From contig OZ037772.1 of NCBI GenBank assembly GCA_964035545.1, positions 1,116,001-1,180,000 of the forward strand: 64,000 nt of DNA. The letters run 5' to 3'. This DNA is from Bugula neritina. Taxonomy: Eukaryota > Animalia > Bryozoa. Every line of letters starts with the position of its first letter. Within the stretch, counting starts at the first letter, position 1. Made by a program: the position numbers and the translations under genes. Below are positions 14,843-29,164 of this stretch, in pieces. The notes under the pieces are model-generated. The model did no database searches and was not told where the DNA came from. It was given only the letters and a program-made list of their open reading frames with translations.

Positions 14843-15245
14843 GCAAGAGTGTCCAACCTTTTCAGAGCGAGGGCCACTGCATGAAAGCAATTAATACTTC
14901 ATGATGAAGGCCATATTGGACACGTTAGCTTGCTCTGATGGCCACAGCATCAGTATTTTTAAATTTACTTTATTCCAAATTCCTATAAATCACTACACAA
15001 TAAAATTCCAATAGTTACTGTTTTATAGCATGTGTATAAGTAAGACATTAGAAAGATAGCTTCTCACTCTAATCCATGTATACATGTGAAATATTGTTTT
15101 AGTTTTTTGCCTTTGAGGGCCACATATAAATGTAGGCTGGGGGCCACTTAAATGTAGGCTGGGAGCCACATAAATGTGGGCTGGGGGCCACATAAATGTA
15201 GGCTGGGGGCCACATCCGGCCTGGGCCGCCTGTTGAAAAGCCCTG
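14843..15245. mobile_element. hAT-like non-autonomous element with subterminal ggccac repeats
   Basis: Termini caagagtgtccaac...gttgaaaagccctg; internal 21-bp repeats; TSD not clear. Confidence 0.5.
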
Positions 15246-15887
15246 CTTTAAATAGTTGGTATATTAGTATGCCAGTGACCTAAAATTTAATGATCACTCT
15301 AGTGTTATTTTACACTTAACGCAATTCAAATATTGTACATAATAATATACTATACTCCATTAGCATAGTGTAGTAGTTGTCACCACCTGCAAGATGGTCA
15401 CATGACCACTGCTACTTCTCAGACAGTTCACTAAATGACAGAATGAGAAGAATGATGGCTGATCAGATGTATAATAACATAGTTTATCAGTTCACTTGAA
15501 GTCTTAAATTATTTTTGTTGAAAGTTAGTTGCTTGCATTTTAAAACTTGTTAATAAAACTATTATAACTATACAATACTAGGTTTATATGTGACTGCAAT
15601 GGAATATTTACAATGAAATTTACAGTCCAGTTCTTCGTGATGGAAATTTTTTATCTGCAGAAGAGCTCTAACTGAAAAACTGTTATCTAAAGTTTGTTAC
15701 TTCAAGTACTATACAAATATTATTAGCAGCTTGACATTTGTTATCATTAAGGGGTGTTTAACATAAATATAATACTTGAGATAAACATTCTCATGTGATA
15801 TAATGTAACCTGAAGTTATATCATATGACTTGACTATCTCTACTAGAGTTAGGGTGGGTCACCTGACAGCCCACACATATCTACACT

Positions 15888-16918
15888 GGTGTCAGGTGAT
15901 AATGGTACAATTGGCAAAATAGGTAAAACTATATAGCACATTTTCAATATTAAGGTTTGAGGCAGGTTAAGTAGTTAAAAAGGAGTTAAGGTTTGAGAAT
16001 GAGGTTCTTAGTTTGGGGTTTGGGTTTTGAGTTTGTGGTTTACCCTCCTAATTACGCTTAACGTATTGTACGCCATAACAGCAAATTTCAGCCATTCCTG
16101 GTATAAGTTGCAGCGTTAATCAAGCACTGCTTGGCTCAAAAAATCACACCAGGCAGAGTTGATATGGTACTATAAAATTTAAAAAGTCCTTTCCGCTGGT
16201 TTGTTTTAATCGCTTATTGTTGATTTAATTTAATAAATTCAAAAGTTTCAAAGGATTAAAATATCTTTTTCCCCTTGCTTGAATTAAGTTCAGCTTAAAA
16301 ATGTAGATTTCACTAATTACTAAAGTATGCAAACCAACAATGCAAAAATTAATTGGACAGCTTAAATATTTTTATTATTCAAATTAGTTTGCACAATTAT
16401 ATATTTAATGGACACATATATTTAAAGGAGAGGTTTCTTTTTTTAAATGCTTTTATCTAGTCAAGAACATTATTATCACATTTTTTGAAAATAATGTTGC
16501 AATAGTTTGTGAATAATATTCAAAGGAGTACAAGTAACCGCAGACAAGAATTAGCCTTATTATGATTGGTCATAGCTCAACGTCATGCGTTGTACTTTTC
16601 TCAGTGTGTGACGCATGTCGACCAAACGTAACAGCAGGGCAATTTTATTTTTACCGTACGGTAGGGTGAATAAGGGGTTAGAGTTGAGGGTTTGAGTTTG
16701 GAGTTTAAGAAAACTTATAAACACCAGTAAGCCATTTTTTCCTGCTAGGCTTTTTCCATTTGTGCCCTTGATACCAGAACCATTATTACCTGCGTGCCAT
16801 TCTACCTGCGTGCCATTTTATTTGTGCCATTTTATACCTGTGCCATTTTACCTGTGCCATTATTACTTGTGCCGTTATTACCTGTGCCATTTTCCCTCTG
16901 CCATTATTACCTAAAATC
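15888..16918. mobile_element. Mutator-like non-autonomous element (9-bp TSD, subterminal tgccatt repeats)
   Basis: Imperfect TIR ggtgtcaggtgataatggta / tgccattattacctaaaatc; flanks atctacact / aactacact; empty site visible in sister modules (~14710, ~17175). Confidence 0.65.
16043..16677. mobile_element. MITE with TTA TSD nested in the Mutator-like element
   Basis: Ends ccctcctaattacgcttaacgta / tacggtagggtgaataagggg, tta on both flanks; a related 5' end occurs at ~35403. Confidence 0.6.
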
Positions 16919-19447
16919 AACTACACTACATCACATGCTGTAGGAACACTATGGCACTCTAATTGAAAAATTGTTATCTATAAAGTTTGTTACTTCAAGT
17001 ACTATACAAATATTATTAGTAACTTGACATTTCTTATCCCTAAGGAGTGTTTAATATAAATATAATACTTGAGATAAACATTCTCATGTGATATAATGTA
17101 GCCTGAAGTTATATCACATGACTTGGCTATCTTTACTAGAGTTAGGGTGGGTCACCTGACAGCCCACACATACAACTACACTACATTACATACTGTAGGA
17201 ACACTGGCACAGCTGAGGCTAGGCTGACTAATAAGTACGGAATAGTTGACCCAGCAGTTAGACACTTTGTTATAGAGACTCTAACTTTCTAGTATTAGAA
17301 TATAAATAATTCTCTAAAGATTTGGTATATCAGAAAGCCAGTCACTCAACACCAATTAACTTGGTTGTCTCAATCAGAGCTGGTCTCTGTGTAGTTCAGT
17401 TTGTTTTAAAGGTTCTCTGAAGCTTCCCCAGTCATTATATGAGCTGCCTTTAGACATATACAATAGTTTTAATACAATACAAAGACAATTATTGTTAACA
17501 CATGTCAAGTAATAGAACAGGAATAAGGCCTCTCTGGTAGTTATTTGAATATCTACAAGAAGTATAACTAAATATACAATAATAACTACATATTTAGAAA
17601 CATGCAGAATATTATACTTGAAGAAATCCCTTGTAACAAGCTATTGTCACATAACTGGAAAATAGAGAAACTATATTTCACAATTCAGAACACAATCTGC
17701 AATCAGCATTCAGTGCTGAAATTAAGCAAAAGCGATGACAGTTGTTATATGAATATAATAATATCATGATGTAAATAATGATAATGATATTATATTCATA
17801 ATATACCAAATGTCATTGCAGTTCCCTAAGCCAAGCGTAACTGGTTATTGTATGTCACGTGACTCAACAGATACACGCCCCTTCCGTTGTAACATTATAA
17901 CGTCATTGAACACAGTCATTCACACGTTGACTGAAGAGGGCTACACGCTGATAACTCGGAGGTTAGTATAACATTTATAGACTTAGTTTATCAATAGTCG
18001 GCAATCAGTATAAGTATTACATTTACTACATTACTATAACTATTAGAATTAGATTCAGTGTTGCAATCAGTTTTAATACCACGCTCGCTACCATCATCAT
18101 TAAATTTATTTAAAATGATTATCTTAACAAGTTATACTTATACTTATAGTAGGTTTATTAATATTATTATTTATAACCAGTGAGTCCACTTATCTTTACT
18201 TTGTGAATTTATGATTGTAACACTGAATAGCATTATCATCATTATAATTATAATAATAATTATAATTATAATTGCAAGTTTTTAAATTAATGTTACACTT
18301 ACTCGATTTGAATATCAGAATATCTTACCACTGGCAATAGTCAGTTATTAATGACAGTGCATAGTGATCACTGCATGTGAGACATTGTCATACCCTGCAC
18401 ATTCCAATGCACTGCCCTTCTGTATTCATTGTGAATAGCATATTTAGTTGGCTTATATTATTTTACTCAGCTTTGATTATACAACTAACATGTACTGCAC
18501 TGCTCTAATTTATGTAACAACACTAGTTGCTGCTATCTTTACCTCTAAATTTATATCATTTAAAAAACTAACATAGTTACATGATAGGTATTAAAATTAA
18601 AGTTACATAATTGGAATTGACTATTCTATAGATTACTGAGAATATAAGGTTAGCCGCATTTATATGATGTTGTAGACATAAAAAATGAGGTTAGTGTTAA
18701 CAAATCATTTGCTAGGTAAGAGTGTAGAATAAATAATTGGCTAGAGATGAGTGTAGAAGCTGCCAACTCATGAAACAACTACACCTGACCTAACAGAAGC
18801 ACAAACATGTTAAATTAGTTTGTTTCACACCACCATAGTTTCTATTAGATGATTAGAATAGCAAACTAGCAATTGATGGCATGTTTCCTGACAGATGGAA
18901 GGGTGACTCTAAGTAACATATTAAATCATGCATCACTAACACTGCAGAAATGTTAAAATGAGTTTTGTCATGTAGATTATCAAGGAAACAAAGAATTTCC
19001 AACACCCAGCACAAAATATTTCATAGAACTATGTTTTCTCACACTGCTATGTTCCCCCTGTTTAGTTTCTCACTCATGCTATACACTCCTTGCTATGTAA
19101 TAGTTCATAGTACACCCTGGGAAGGAACAAAGTCTATCGTATGCTCAAGTGTAGACTCTGTCCCAGTAGTGTGTCAAAATACTCAGTTAGAAACACATTA
19201 TTATTGGGAGTTCATGAAGTCTCCAGCTTACATAAGCAGCTGAGCCCAATTCTGCTGTTTGTTCATGAAATTAATACATAACTCACTGGTATTCATGTTT
19301 CACTTCTACTCTACATATTGATGGTCTGGTTATGACTTAGAACTTAATAGGCCAGTCTTTGGTTGGGAAACCTTCACAGATGTAGTGTAAAATATTATGC
19401 TAAGAGTATGTGTATCTTTTACAGGATTTCCTTATTATATAACCAAG

Positions 19448-22400
19448 ATGGCAGAATCCAGAGTTGTGAAAAAGAGACTAAACAATTCGTATCGCTGTGG
19501 GTACTGCTCGCAGTACTTCAACAAACTTGAAGATCCCAGAACTCTGCCCTGTCTGCATGTGTACTGCATGAGATGTTTGAAGACTGACATAGGTGGTAGG
19601 AAGGATCATATTAGATGTGCTTATTGTAGGTGAGTTACAGTACATAACACAATATATCATGTCGTAGGCTTGCATATGATTTTCTCACTATCATCTAGGA
19701 GTTGTCTGATCTGTGTTTATGAAAAGCAAACAATACTGTATATTCTATGTGAACTCTGGTTACTTACTTGTGGAGTGTGTGGATATCTTCTCATTAGGTA
19801 GAGAAACTAACTGTTATGTAGATTGCACCATCAGCTGTCCTCTCTTGTTGAATTGTGGTGCTGTTGGATGTCATGGGATTGGGGTTGTCTCCTCATTATA
19901 TTATTTTGTTCTCATACAGTACAAGACTTGTTAGACCAACCTTTTTCATATCATCCCCACTTTCATAAATGTTTACTATTAATTATCCCCCCTTTAAAAA
20001 ACGATAATATAGATTACTATGCAATATTATTCCTATTACATTTGAATATAATATAGTTATTTCTGATAATTATATTATGCATGTATAAAACACAGAGCAG
20101 TTCAATTATTAATATTATGGCTGCAGCTGATGACATTGTGTCAGCTTGCTTTCAAACCTCCCACCCCAACCCTTAAACCCCAACCCCAATATTGTAATTA
20201 AAAACACATTCATGTAGAAGTAGACTGAGATGGCAGAATTACTGAGATGGCAGAATTAGTTAAATAGATAAGCTAAGATGAAGGCTTATAGATATACATG
20301 TACATGTAACTTGCAAGAGCTCAAAAGTCTTTAAGAAACTGCTTGAAATTTTTAAAATCGAAATCCAGGCTCCCCCTAAAAAGCCCAAAATTCCCTCTTA
20401 TAGGGGGATTCTCCCAAGTTGGGAACTACTGTGTTGAATTGACTTGTGTTTACTATCTTCTTTCCTGCAATTAGAAATATGTATGATGTTGTCATGACAA
20501 CAGAGTTGCTGTGGCACAAAGTATAGTTTACTAGTATGTAGTGATTGTGTAGTGAGAGTGGAGTGTCTGGTTATTGTCCATGGTTATGTGTAATCTGTAA
20601 GGAATAGAATTATATTATTTTAATATAATGTTGAGAGAGGTACTTTTATAATGGCAGTTTGCTAAATAGCTTTAGTTCTATTGCGATAGACTCATAGCTC
20701 TGGAGTCTAGCAGCTGCTACTATTACCACTAGCTGTTCAAAATTCGACCAACATCCAGGCTGCCAAAGTGTAATAGCCATTGACAAGGCCAAGCAGTCAC
20801 TGGGAAATTATTTGACTAAAGAGCAGGTGTTATGACAATTAGACAGGAATCAGTGATTCTGTGACCTATTTAGTTAAATCCAATGCTGACCTTTTGATTG
20901 ATTATTAGATAGCCATCACAATTTTATTTGGTACAATATAATATTATGGGGTGTCAATCAGTGTCTAATATAATCTGTGAATTGAGTGTCTACTTTAGTT
21001 GGTACTTCTTCTACCATCAGTCAGTTGTATTGAGTGTTACTCTGTATTGAGTCATTAATAGTGTTGAGGATTTGGGCCTATATTATGCCACCCCCCCTCT
21101 CTGACTTAGACTGAGACCCAACCTGCTGCACATACATAGTAGTACTACACTGAAGATAGTTAACATGTGTATGTGTCATCCTACTAGTAATGGATTACTA
21201 ACTACAACTTATCCTACGACTCCCTCTTTTTATGCTAGCTGCACGAGATAGGCAACTCACGCGTGACACGCACTCACAGTGCACTAGCTCTTGACACATT
21301 GCCAAGGATGATGAAATGACAGTTTCGCGTCACTCCTAGCAGTTAGAGTGGCAGGGAATAGTTGTAGTATGTTGTAGTATTGGCTCTTCAGAATTCACTC
21401 CTCAGTAATTAGTTGCATTGCACAAACTTGCAACAAAAGTGAATAAATATTGACAATATGGCCTCCACTCAGTAGTTAACTAGTAATTTGTCTTGTCATT
21501 TTACAATACAAGTTACAGTTGAGTCTATTTGTTGAGTAGCAGTTCTTTGTCATGAGTGACTATTTTACAGCATATTAGGTACATAATATAGTCAAGTGTG
21601 TTTGTGTGATAGCCTGTGGTCTATATAATGAATGTGTGTTGATGAGTGATGAGTATTTATTTGAGTATTTGTCAAGGACACAGCTGTGTGTGTGGATGGA
21701 GTATTTCATTACTTGAGATATACTAAACACAGGTAACACAGGTAACATACTGATTGCTATATATTGTAGGAAAGATCACTATGACATCACGGATCCCACA
21801 ACACTACCAGTAGCTCAGCATGGAGACCCCTTAGAATACAAGTCTCCACCCAAACCGGCACCCATTCCCTGCGATGTGTGTAAAGGTGGAACACAAGCTG
21901 CTGTGTTCTGTGTCGACAGTCAAAAAAAGTTGTGTCAGCAGCATCAAGAAGTGAGTCTTTCTTATATCATTTCTCAAGATTAGTTACTAAACCTGTTCTG
22001 GTTTGTGTGTAGAATATTATTGAAAAGAAATGTTGAGTCTGTGTGACTTTTTATACTAAACACACAGTTTCACAGTGCAGTGAGTCAACTATGACAGACT
22101 TGTTGGTGAAAATACAACCAACTAAACTGTTGACCTTTATTATACAGAATCACAGAGAGCTGATGGGAGATAGACATCAATTTATTGACATTGAGGTCTA
22201 CAGAGCTTCTCCCCAAAGATATACTATAACTGAATGTGAACATCATAAAGAGGAACAGCTGACAGAAGTGTGTTCCAAGTGTCACCAGATATTCTGTATG
22301 AGATGTGATATGAGGACTGGCTGTAAGGATAAGACAGGTATTTACTTGCTGTTTCTATTTCTGTAGAAAGAAACTGAGAAATGTTACAAGAACCTGTTAT

Positions 22401-25400
22401 TTATTATTTTATTATTAAAGTGAGTTATGTAACAGTAAAAGAGGAAGTAAGTTTGTCAGCATTAAGGTTTGTGTGAGACAGAAATGGATAGTGCAGGAGT
22501 TTATATTCTCACTGTTATGTTGAATATTTAGTATATTTCATCCTTCAAGTGTCTGTTTCCTTGATAAGATGGTATAGGCATAGCTTTAACTCAGTGGTGT
22601 CCCACCTTCTTCATACCATCCTCCTTTTTATGATAATTTTCTATTAAGTTTCCGCCCTTTTGATAAAATTGTAATTTCATTTATAAAGAAAATCTGGGAC
22701 AGGTTGTTTTCCTAATAATTCATTGAGTGTAGAAAAAGCACTTTGTGTTTGACATGAATTAGTGTCTGCCACAGCTTCAGTTCAGCTTTGAAAGCATTGA
22801 TGCTGGTATTAAAAGCAGTGAGTTGATGATTATACTCATTCATTTTAGGTTCAGAGCTTTTAGTACAGCAAATATATCTACTAGGTATTCAGTAAATAGT
22901 TTATGGCAATCAGTTCTACTGAATGCAAAAACTTCCTGTTGGTTTTTACTTTCAATAAACCTTTTAGCCTCCATTCGTAGTAGGAGGGGTAGCAGCTAGA
23001 GTAGAGTGAATATTAGACACACGGATGTAGAAGTAAACTTAGATTGCAGAGTGTAATGTGGATAAATAAATGAACTACATAAAATGAAGGAGTTATAATT
23101 ATACATATTCATGTAACCTGGAACACAAGGCAAGAGCTCAAAAAGCTGAGAAAAAAATCCCTGAAATTTTAGAAATGAAAACCCCTAAAAAACTCAAATT
23201 TCCTGTGAAGGGGAAATTCCCCAAGGTTGAGAGCAACTGCTTTAATTTTTTCAACCATTTCATTCCAAGTGCAGTGAATATAAATGACATCTTTCTAGTC
23301 CAACCAACTGTCTATAGTTATTACATAGTATGTGTGTAGTGATACATCATCAACCTGTAGTTACAGGTAGTAGGTGTAGAATAAGTACAATGTCATATTC
23401 TGAAATGTTTTTATAAATAGTGTGATTTTATGTATACAGAGGAGACAGTAGCATTCCATGACTTGGCATCTTTGAGTGATTTGTCTTGTGAGTTACGAGA
23501 AAGTCTGACTGGTGGAATAGAGACTCTGTCTGAGAAAGTTGCAGAGTTGAATGACATCTCAAAGGATGCCTGGAAAGAACTGAGTAAAATAGAAGATGAA
23601 GTGAAGAAAATGGTTGCCAGAGTAAACTCTGCAGCTGACGCTCAGGTATGCTGACATGATGATGTCATCTAATGTATTTCTGTTTGTCTGAAATTAGGTT
23701 TTGCATTTGGTTTTTGAGTTGTAAATAGAAATGAATTTCATTTGCTACTAGAATTAACTGGCCATTAAAGTATTATTATTCTGTGTACAAGTAGCAGTAG
23801 TCATTCATCACATGTTACTCAGTGCAGAGGAACCTGTCAATACAGATGACTCACTCATCCTTCTGCAACTGTCAATCACTCACACAGAGAGGTTGGCTGT
23901 GTGAGTGATTGACAGGTGTCAGGAGGAGGAGACTAGTCACGTGATGTACTAGCTCTCTGCTGTGTATAGAGTGTCACGTGACTGAGTCATTGGCCACTCA
24001 GTGGGTGATCTGTCAATTTCATTTCAAGTGTAGAGGTTGTGAGGTGCAGAAGTGGTTACACTGTGTTACTAATTATTAGATAGAAGAGATTAGAAAGAAA
24101 GCTACAAACCTGAGGCTAGAAATATATGGATATTTGAAGAGCTGCACACAGATAGTGGATAATTATAGAATAGAGCTGGCCTTGAGTAAGACAATGGGCA
24201 GACAGTCTCTGCTGGACACAGTACAACATGCAGTTGATAAGTTCAATGATGCAGGGATTGTGAGAGACTACAAAGAGATGAGTGAGAAGATGGAAAAGGC
24301 TACAGATATTGGTGTAATAGAGAAGTGTGTACTTCCAGACAGCATCTTGGTACCAACATGTAGGTGGAGTCTATAAATAGTAACACTAACTATAAATAAT
24401 TTTCTGCTTGTAATCAGTTGAATTGTTTTCACTGAATATTTTAATAGTAGAATAAGTAGATAGAGTTTATTTATTGGAGAATTGAGTTTTGTTTTACTCT
24501 CACATTATGAGACATTTCTGCAGTGTTTCAGAGTTTATGATGTATAAGTGAGCTGCTAAACTGTGTTATGCTGACTACCTGCTGTCAGTATTAACAAGAT
24601 ATTCTCACTTAGACCTGTGCATCACGTAGCAACTTGTAGTAACTACAGACTGCTTGTATTTAAACATCTTTTAGTTTTAAGTTTGAAAATCTGTTCCCAC
24701 CTCCTCAGGTGATGAGATTCTCAAGTTATAGAATTGTTATTTTGTTGTTGCAGACAGTGAAGACAGTCTGGGACTGAAGCTGCTGCAGCCACCATCTTCT
24801 CTCCAGTCTGATGGACTTCCTGTACGTGGCTGGTGTGTCACAGTAAACATCTCAGCTGATGGACATCTCATGTGTCGGACACTAGAAGGTGTAGAAGTAA
24901 TAAATAGAGAGACTCTGGATACTATCAGCTCAGTGAAGAACACCAACACTACAGAGTGGGGGGAGATAATCCAACCTGAAGGGGTGATGGTTGGCAGCTG
25001 GTATAACAGAGAGGAGAAAACAGCTGAAGTCTCACTTCTTGATCCGAACTCCTTTCAGAAGACTCGCTCTCTCTACCAGCAGTCAGTAGGTGGACTCTTC
25101 ACTTACTATAGAATAGCTCAACACGACTCACTGCTCTATATTGTAGACTGGAGAGAGAACCAGCTGGTAGTCTGCAACCTAGTAGACAATAAAATACAGA
25201 AGTTCCCACTTCCTGAGATGAAGTACCCTCGTCCTGTATGCATCCTCCCAGACTCAACTCTCCTCATAGGAGACCTCACTGAAGATGGTAAAGTGAGAAG
25301 ATATAAAGTGGAGAACACAACTCTCTCTCTAATGTGGGAGTTTCTTCACATCTCACATCCAACTGGTATTTCCTTTGATCCAACATCTGAACTGATTCAC

Positions 25401-26582
25401 ATCTGTACAGGGATAGGACCTCTCCTCATCCTCTCACTTGAAGGTAAATACTCTGTTTATTATAGTAAGTTTATTTATTTTATATATAATTATGTTGTAG
25501 TAAATAATATATTTTAATAATTAACAGTAAACAACTTCCACTCATCAGATATATTATGATATTGTTAGTATTTATCAAGTCACTGATGTTATTTTTAGCT
25601 AAAAGTTATGTAATAAAGACTGTAACATGCTGATAGTAGATGTTATATTCTTCATCACATGACTTGTAGCTAATAATAATATTAGTGAATAATACTGCCT
25701 CCCTGCAATAAGTTTATTTCTAGCTGCAGTAACATGCAGGATGTAAGCACAGGTAAAAGTGTATATTATATTGTATAGGTTTAAGGTGTACTCTGTGTAG
25801 TGTGCAGTGAGCTCTTAGTAAACTCTCTATTCAGTCTTCCTTTCCAAGCCTTCGCCTGGTAGTGTAGAGGATAAGGACTCCACACTGCTAAGTGAGTTAG
25901 TGCTGCAAGGGGTTCAAACCCACCTATCAGCGTGTCTAGTTAATATACTATGCAAGTGTTTTACAGTAATTTTAGAGGTGCTCAGTCTAACAACTGTACA
26001 GACTGCCAGCTACATATGAGTTATGAGTTGTAGTTTGACTTCAGTCTAGTGCTGCTGTTGTTTTGGTCATCAGATAATTTAAATATAAATAATTTGATAC
26101 TTTTTGACTGCCATTACTGAGACTATGTAATTTGATAATGGCTGGTAGAGCAGTGTTTGCTGGTGGGACTCAGGTGGCTGTGGTTGGTTCTTGTTAAGTA
26201 TTTTATATGTGATAATGTTGGAGTAGCTGCAGTGGTATTAGAAGTACACACGTGGGTGTGTTCTTGTTAAGAGCCACAGGCTAAGTTTGTGAGTCAAGGT
26301 CAATATTGTTGTATAATGAGACACTATTTTCTGCTCTATTTGAGTATTTACTTCATGCATGTAACCTGCTTAGTTGCATCTTTAAAGGCAGTCTGTCTGT
26401 TTCTCTCAATACACACCAACTGATACAATATGATGCTATTATTTACAGGTCAACTGGTGCTTACTGTTCCCAGAGAAAGTCTTGGTGTGAGTGACTGGGT
26501 GAGGGACATTGCGGTGTGTAACAGAGACACAGTGTTTCTAGCATGTAGAGATGGTTTGAGGAGATACACAATAAAATACTAA
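19448..26582 (+). CDS. TRIM (RING, B-box1, B-box2, coiled coil, NHL-like beta-propeller) E3 ubiquitin ligase, ~620 aa, apparently intact
   Basis: Exons 19448-19629, 21770-21950, 22148-22337, 23440-23645, 24080-24359, 24754-25443, 26449-26582; all GT-AG, phases compatible, total 1863 nt. RING CGYC..PRTLPCLHVYCMRC..CAYCR; B-boxes CDVC..FCVD..LCQQH and CEHH..CSKC..FCMRC; propeller repeats (LYIVDW, YPRPVCI, HPTGISFD); aataaa at ~26759. Confidence 0.88.
22592..23239. mobile_element. hAT-like non-autonomous element in TRIM intron 3
   Basis: Termini cagtggtgtcccacc / ggttgagagcaactg; near-identical 8-bp flanks ctttaact / ctttaatt; related 3' end at ~20300-20431. Confidence 0.65.
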
Positions 26583-29164
26583 ACTTATCAGCTACAGGTT
26601 ACTAATAATCAGCTCAGTGAGGTACTGAGAGATAAACTAGATAATATTTGTCATCAACATAATTATTTCATTACAATTCATCAATACACACACTCTGTAA
26701 TTATAGTTGGATATGAGATGTTTTACTGTATCAAATATGTGTTGCTATTTTACCATCTAATAAAGTTTATTTGCTAGCGAAAATATAGTCTGTTTTCATG
26801 CCTCATTAGCTTTAGTTCAAGTTGAGTTCACTTACTAAAAAATAATCTTTACTGGAGCAGTAACTGTAAATGACTTGTCTGCGGGAGAATTTATTCACTG
26901 AATTGACATGCAGGTGCAAGTAACTCCAACATGACTAAGTAAATTTATTCCAACCATTCACAATAATATACATTCCATTGCTGTGCAAACAATAGCATTG
27001 AGTAGCCAATCAAATTGTTTCTTGTCTTGCATTCAGGAATCTGATAAATAATATATAAGACAATCAGCTAGATATAAACACTGTATTACTCTACACATGA
27101 GCTGTCTGTGATGCAGCTGCTTTGTAAACTGTGTGTAATTTGATGAGTTTAGTTCAATTGGTTGCAGTTTAATTATGACATGTTCACCCTCATGTAATAT
27201 TAGAGGACAACTCCTCTCCAGTGTGCAGTGGTAGTATACTATTAGTCAAAGGAAGTGCTCAGTATAATATAAATAGCTGACCACTCCTACACCAACACTC
27301 CTGAACACCAGGTAGACGACAAGAACTCTTGAACACCACTCAGGTTAAGGGACTCCAGGCACCTCTGATTACCATCCAAGGCAGACGTGTTCTGGATCAC
27401 AGTCTTAACTCCTCACAGACTAAGACAGGAGCCGGAGTCATCCTCACAGCCAAGCAACCCATGCCAATATACCAACCCTAGCTGACCTGAATACTACAAC
27501 TTATATATAGTATTCGGAATAACTCCAAAGTAGCATATTTCTGTTAAAATAACATTAATAATAAACAGATAAATTATATATTTACTGATTCAATCACTAT
27601 TTGAGTTTTCAAATTAAAATTCAATAAGAGACATCAGCAAGTAATAATCATATGTTATGTAATAATACATGCCACAAAAAGGCATCACTCTAAAATTTAA
27701 CAAAATGTATTAGCAGTTATCTATACTGAGATTATAATGTAATACTAATGTTGCATAAAGTATTAAACTATCAACCCCCTCTCATATTATTATTTAACCT
27801 TTGACCTACAAACAATGATTAAATTATTTTCTTGTTGCTATACTGTCTTTTTTTTTAGTTGGCTCACAGAAACAGTTTCAATCTAACAATGTAGTGTTGA
27901 TACAAATCAGGGTATATAAGCTCAACAATAAAACATAAGAAATAATTATCCTCAATATCCTAAGGAATATTCCAGAGAACACTGCAGGCTGAGCTAAGAT
28001 ATTTTACAACTACATGCAGTTGACATATCTTCATGAATTGTGGACCATTTTGGTGTTTCTGTGTGCACAGACAAGTTGCAATGACTCCAACAGAAATTTT
28101 TTTAGTAGGTTTCAGTTCATCTTGAATATATTACAGCTTGTTGTCTTTTGGTGGAATATTATTGATGATACACTACCTTGTTTGCCTCAATAGTATTGAT
28201 GGTAGACTACCTTTTTTGACCTCAATAGTGTTGATGGTACACTACCTTGTTTGGCCTCAACAGTATTAATGGTACACTACCTTGTTTGGCCTCAACAGTA
28301 TTAATGGTACACTACCTTGTTTGGCCTCATTAGCCTTGCTAATATAAAATTAAGAGCACAACTTGCACGATTTAACTAATTTAACTTGGTTCATATTATG
28401 ATGTTAATATGTTGACATTTATAACCTCTAATATATTTCTATGTTTATAACCTATCAATATGCTCTGATCTACAGTCTTTATTGTCATTCAAGGTGTTGC
28501 TCACTGCTGGTCAACCCCATTAACCCCCAACTTACTGTCTACATAAAAAACTGTCTACTCTCCCTCCATGGTACATAGCTCATACAATGTGTATAATTAT
28601 TTGCTTTTGCACATTCATTACATAAAATACCAGCCATTGTGTTAAAAGTAGAGTTTTGTTGTATAGTCTCACATATTGGAACATGGCCTTAAGATTTGTA
28701 GTTTCTGAGGCTTTTGTGCTATTGCTGGAGAAAATTGCTAAGAATTTACTGCAGTGAATCTTTGTATAAACATTACTTATGAAATGCATATCTGTGGAAT
28801 ACTTGATCTACTCTGTATCATGTAAACTAACTTACACACAAGTTATATACAGCTACTACTTGATAAGGAAGTAATAGACTTACACTAACAGAGTTATTGA
28901 CATGAAAAAGTAAATAATATTTAAATTGTGATGACTAAGTAAGTGGATGAGTCATAAACTAGTCAAAAAATAATTTCTACAAACAAACTTTATTGAGTAA
29001 ATGTGACTACAGAGTCTTGACAACATAGCAGAGTAATTATGTTACATAATCATTACTAATCAACATCAAATACTGCATATAAACAGTGCAAGTCCTGTGG
29101 AATATATAATATTATACTGTGAGTAGAACACAATATATTATATTTGACATGTACTATTGATGAC

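Larger units (their letters stand above)
14440..17300. repeat. Three dispersed copies of a ~300-400 bp module (…gagataaacattctcatgtgata…gtgggtcacctgacagcccacaca…)
   Basis: Copies at ~14440-14840, ~15610-15887 (interrupted) and ~16960-17300; also at ~57350-57730 and ~58760-59030. Confidence 0.8.
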
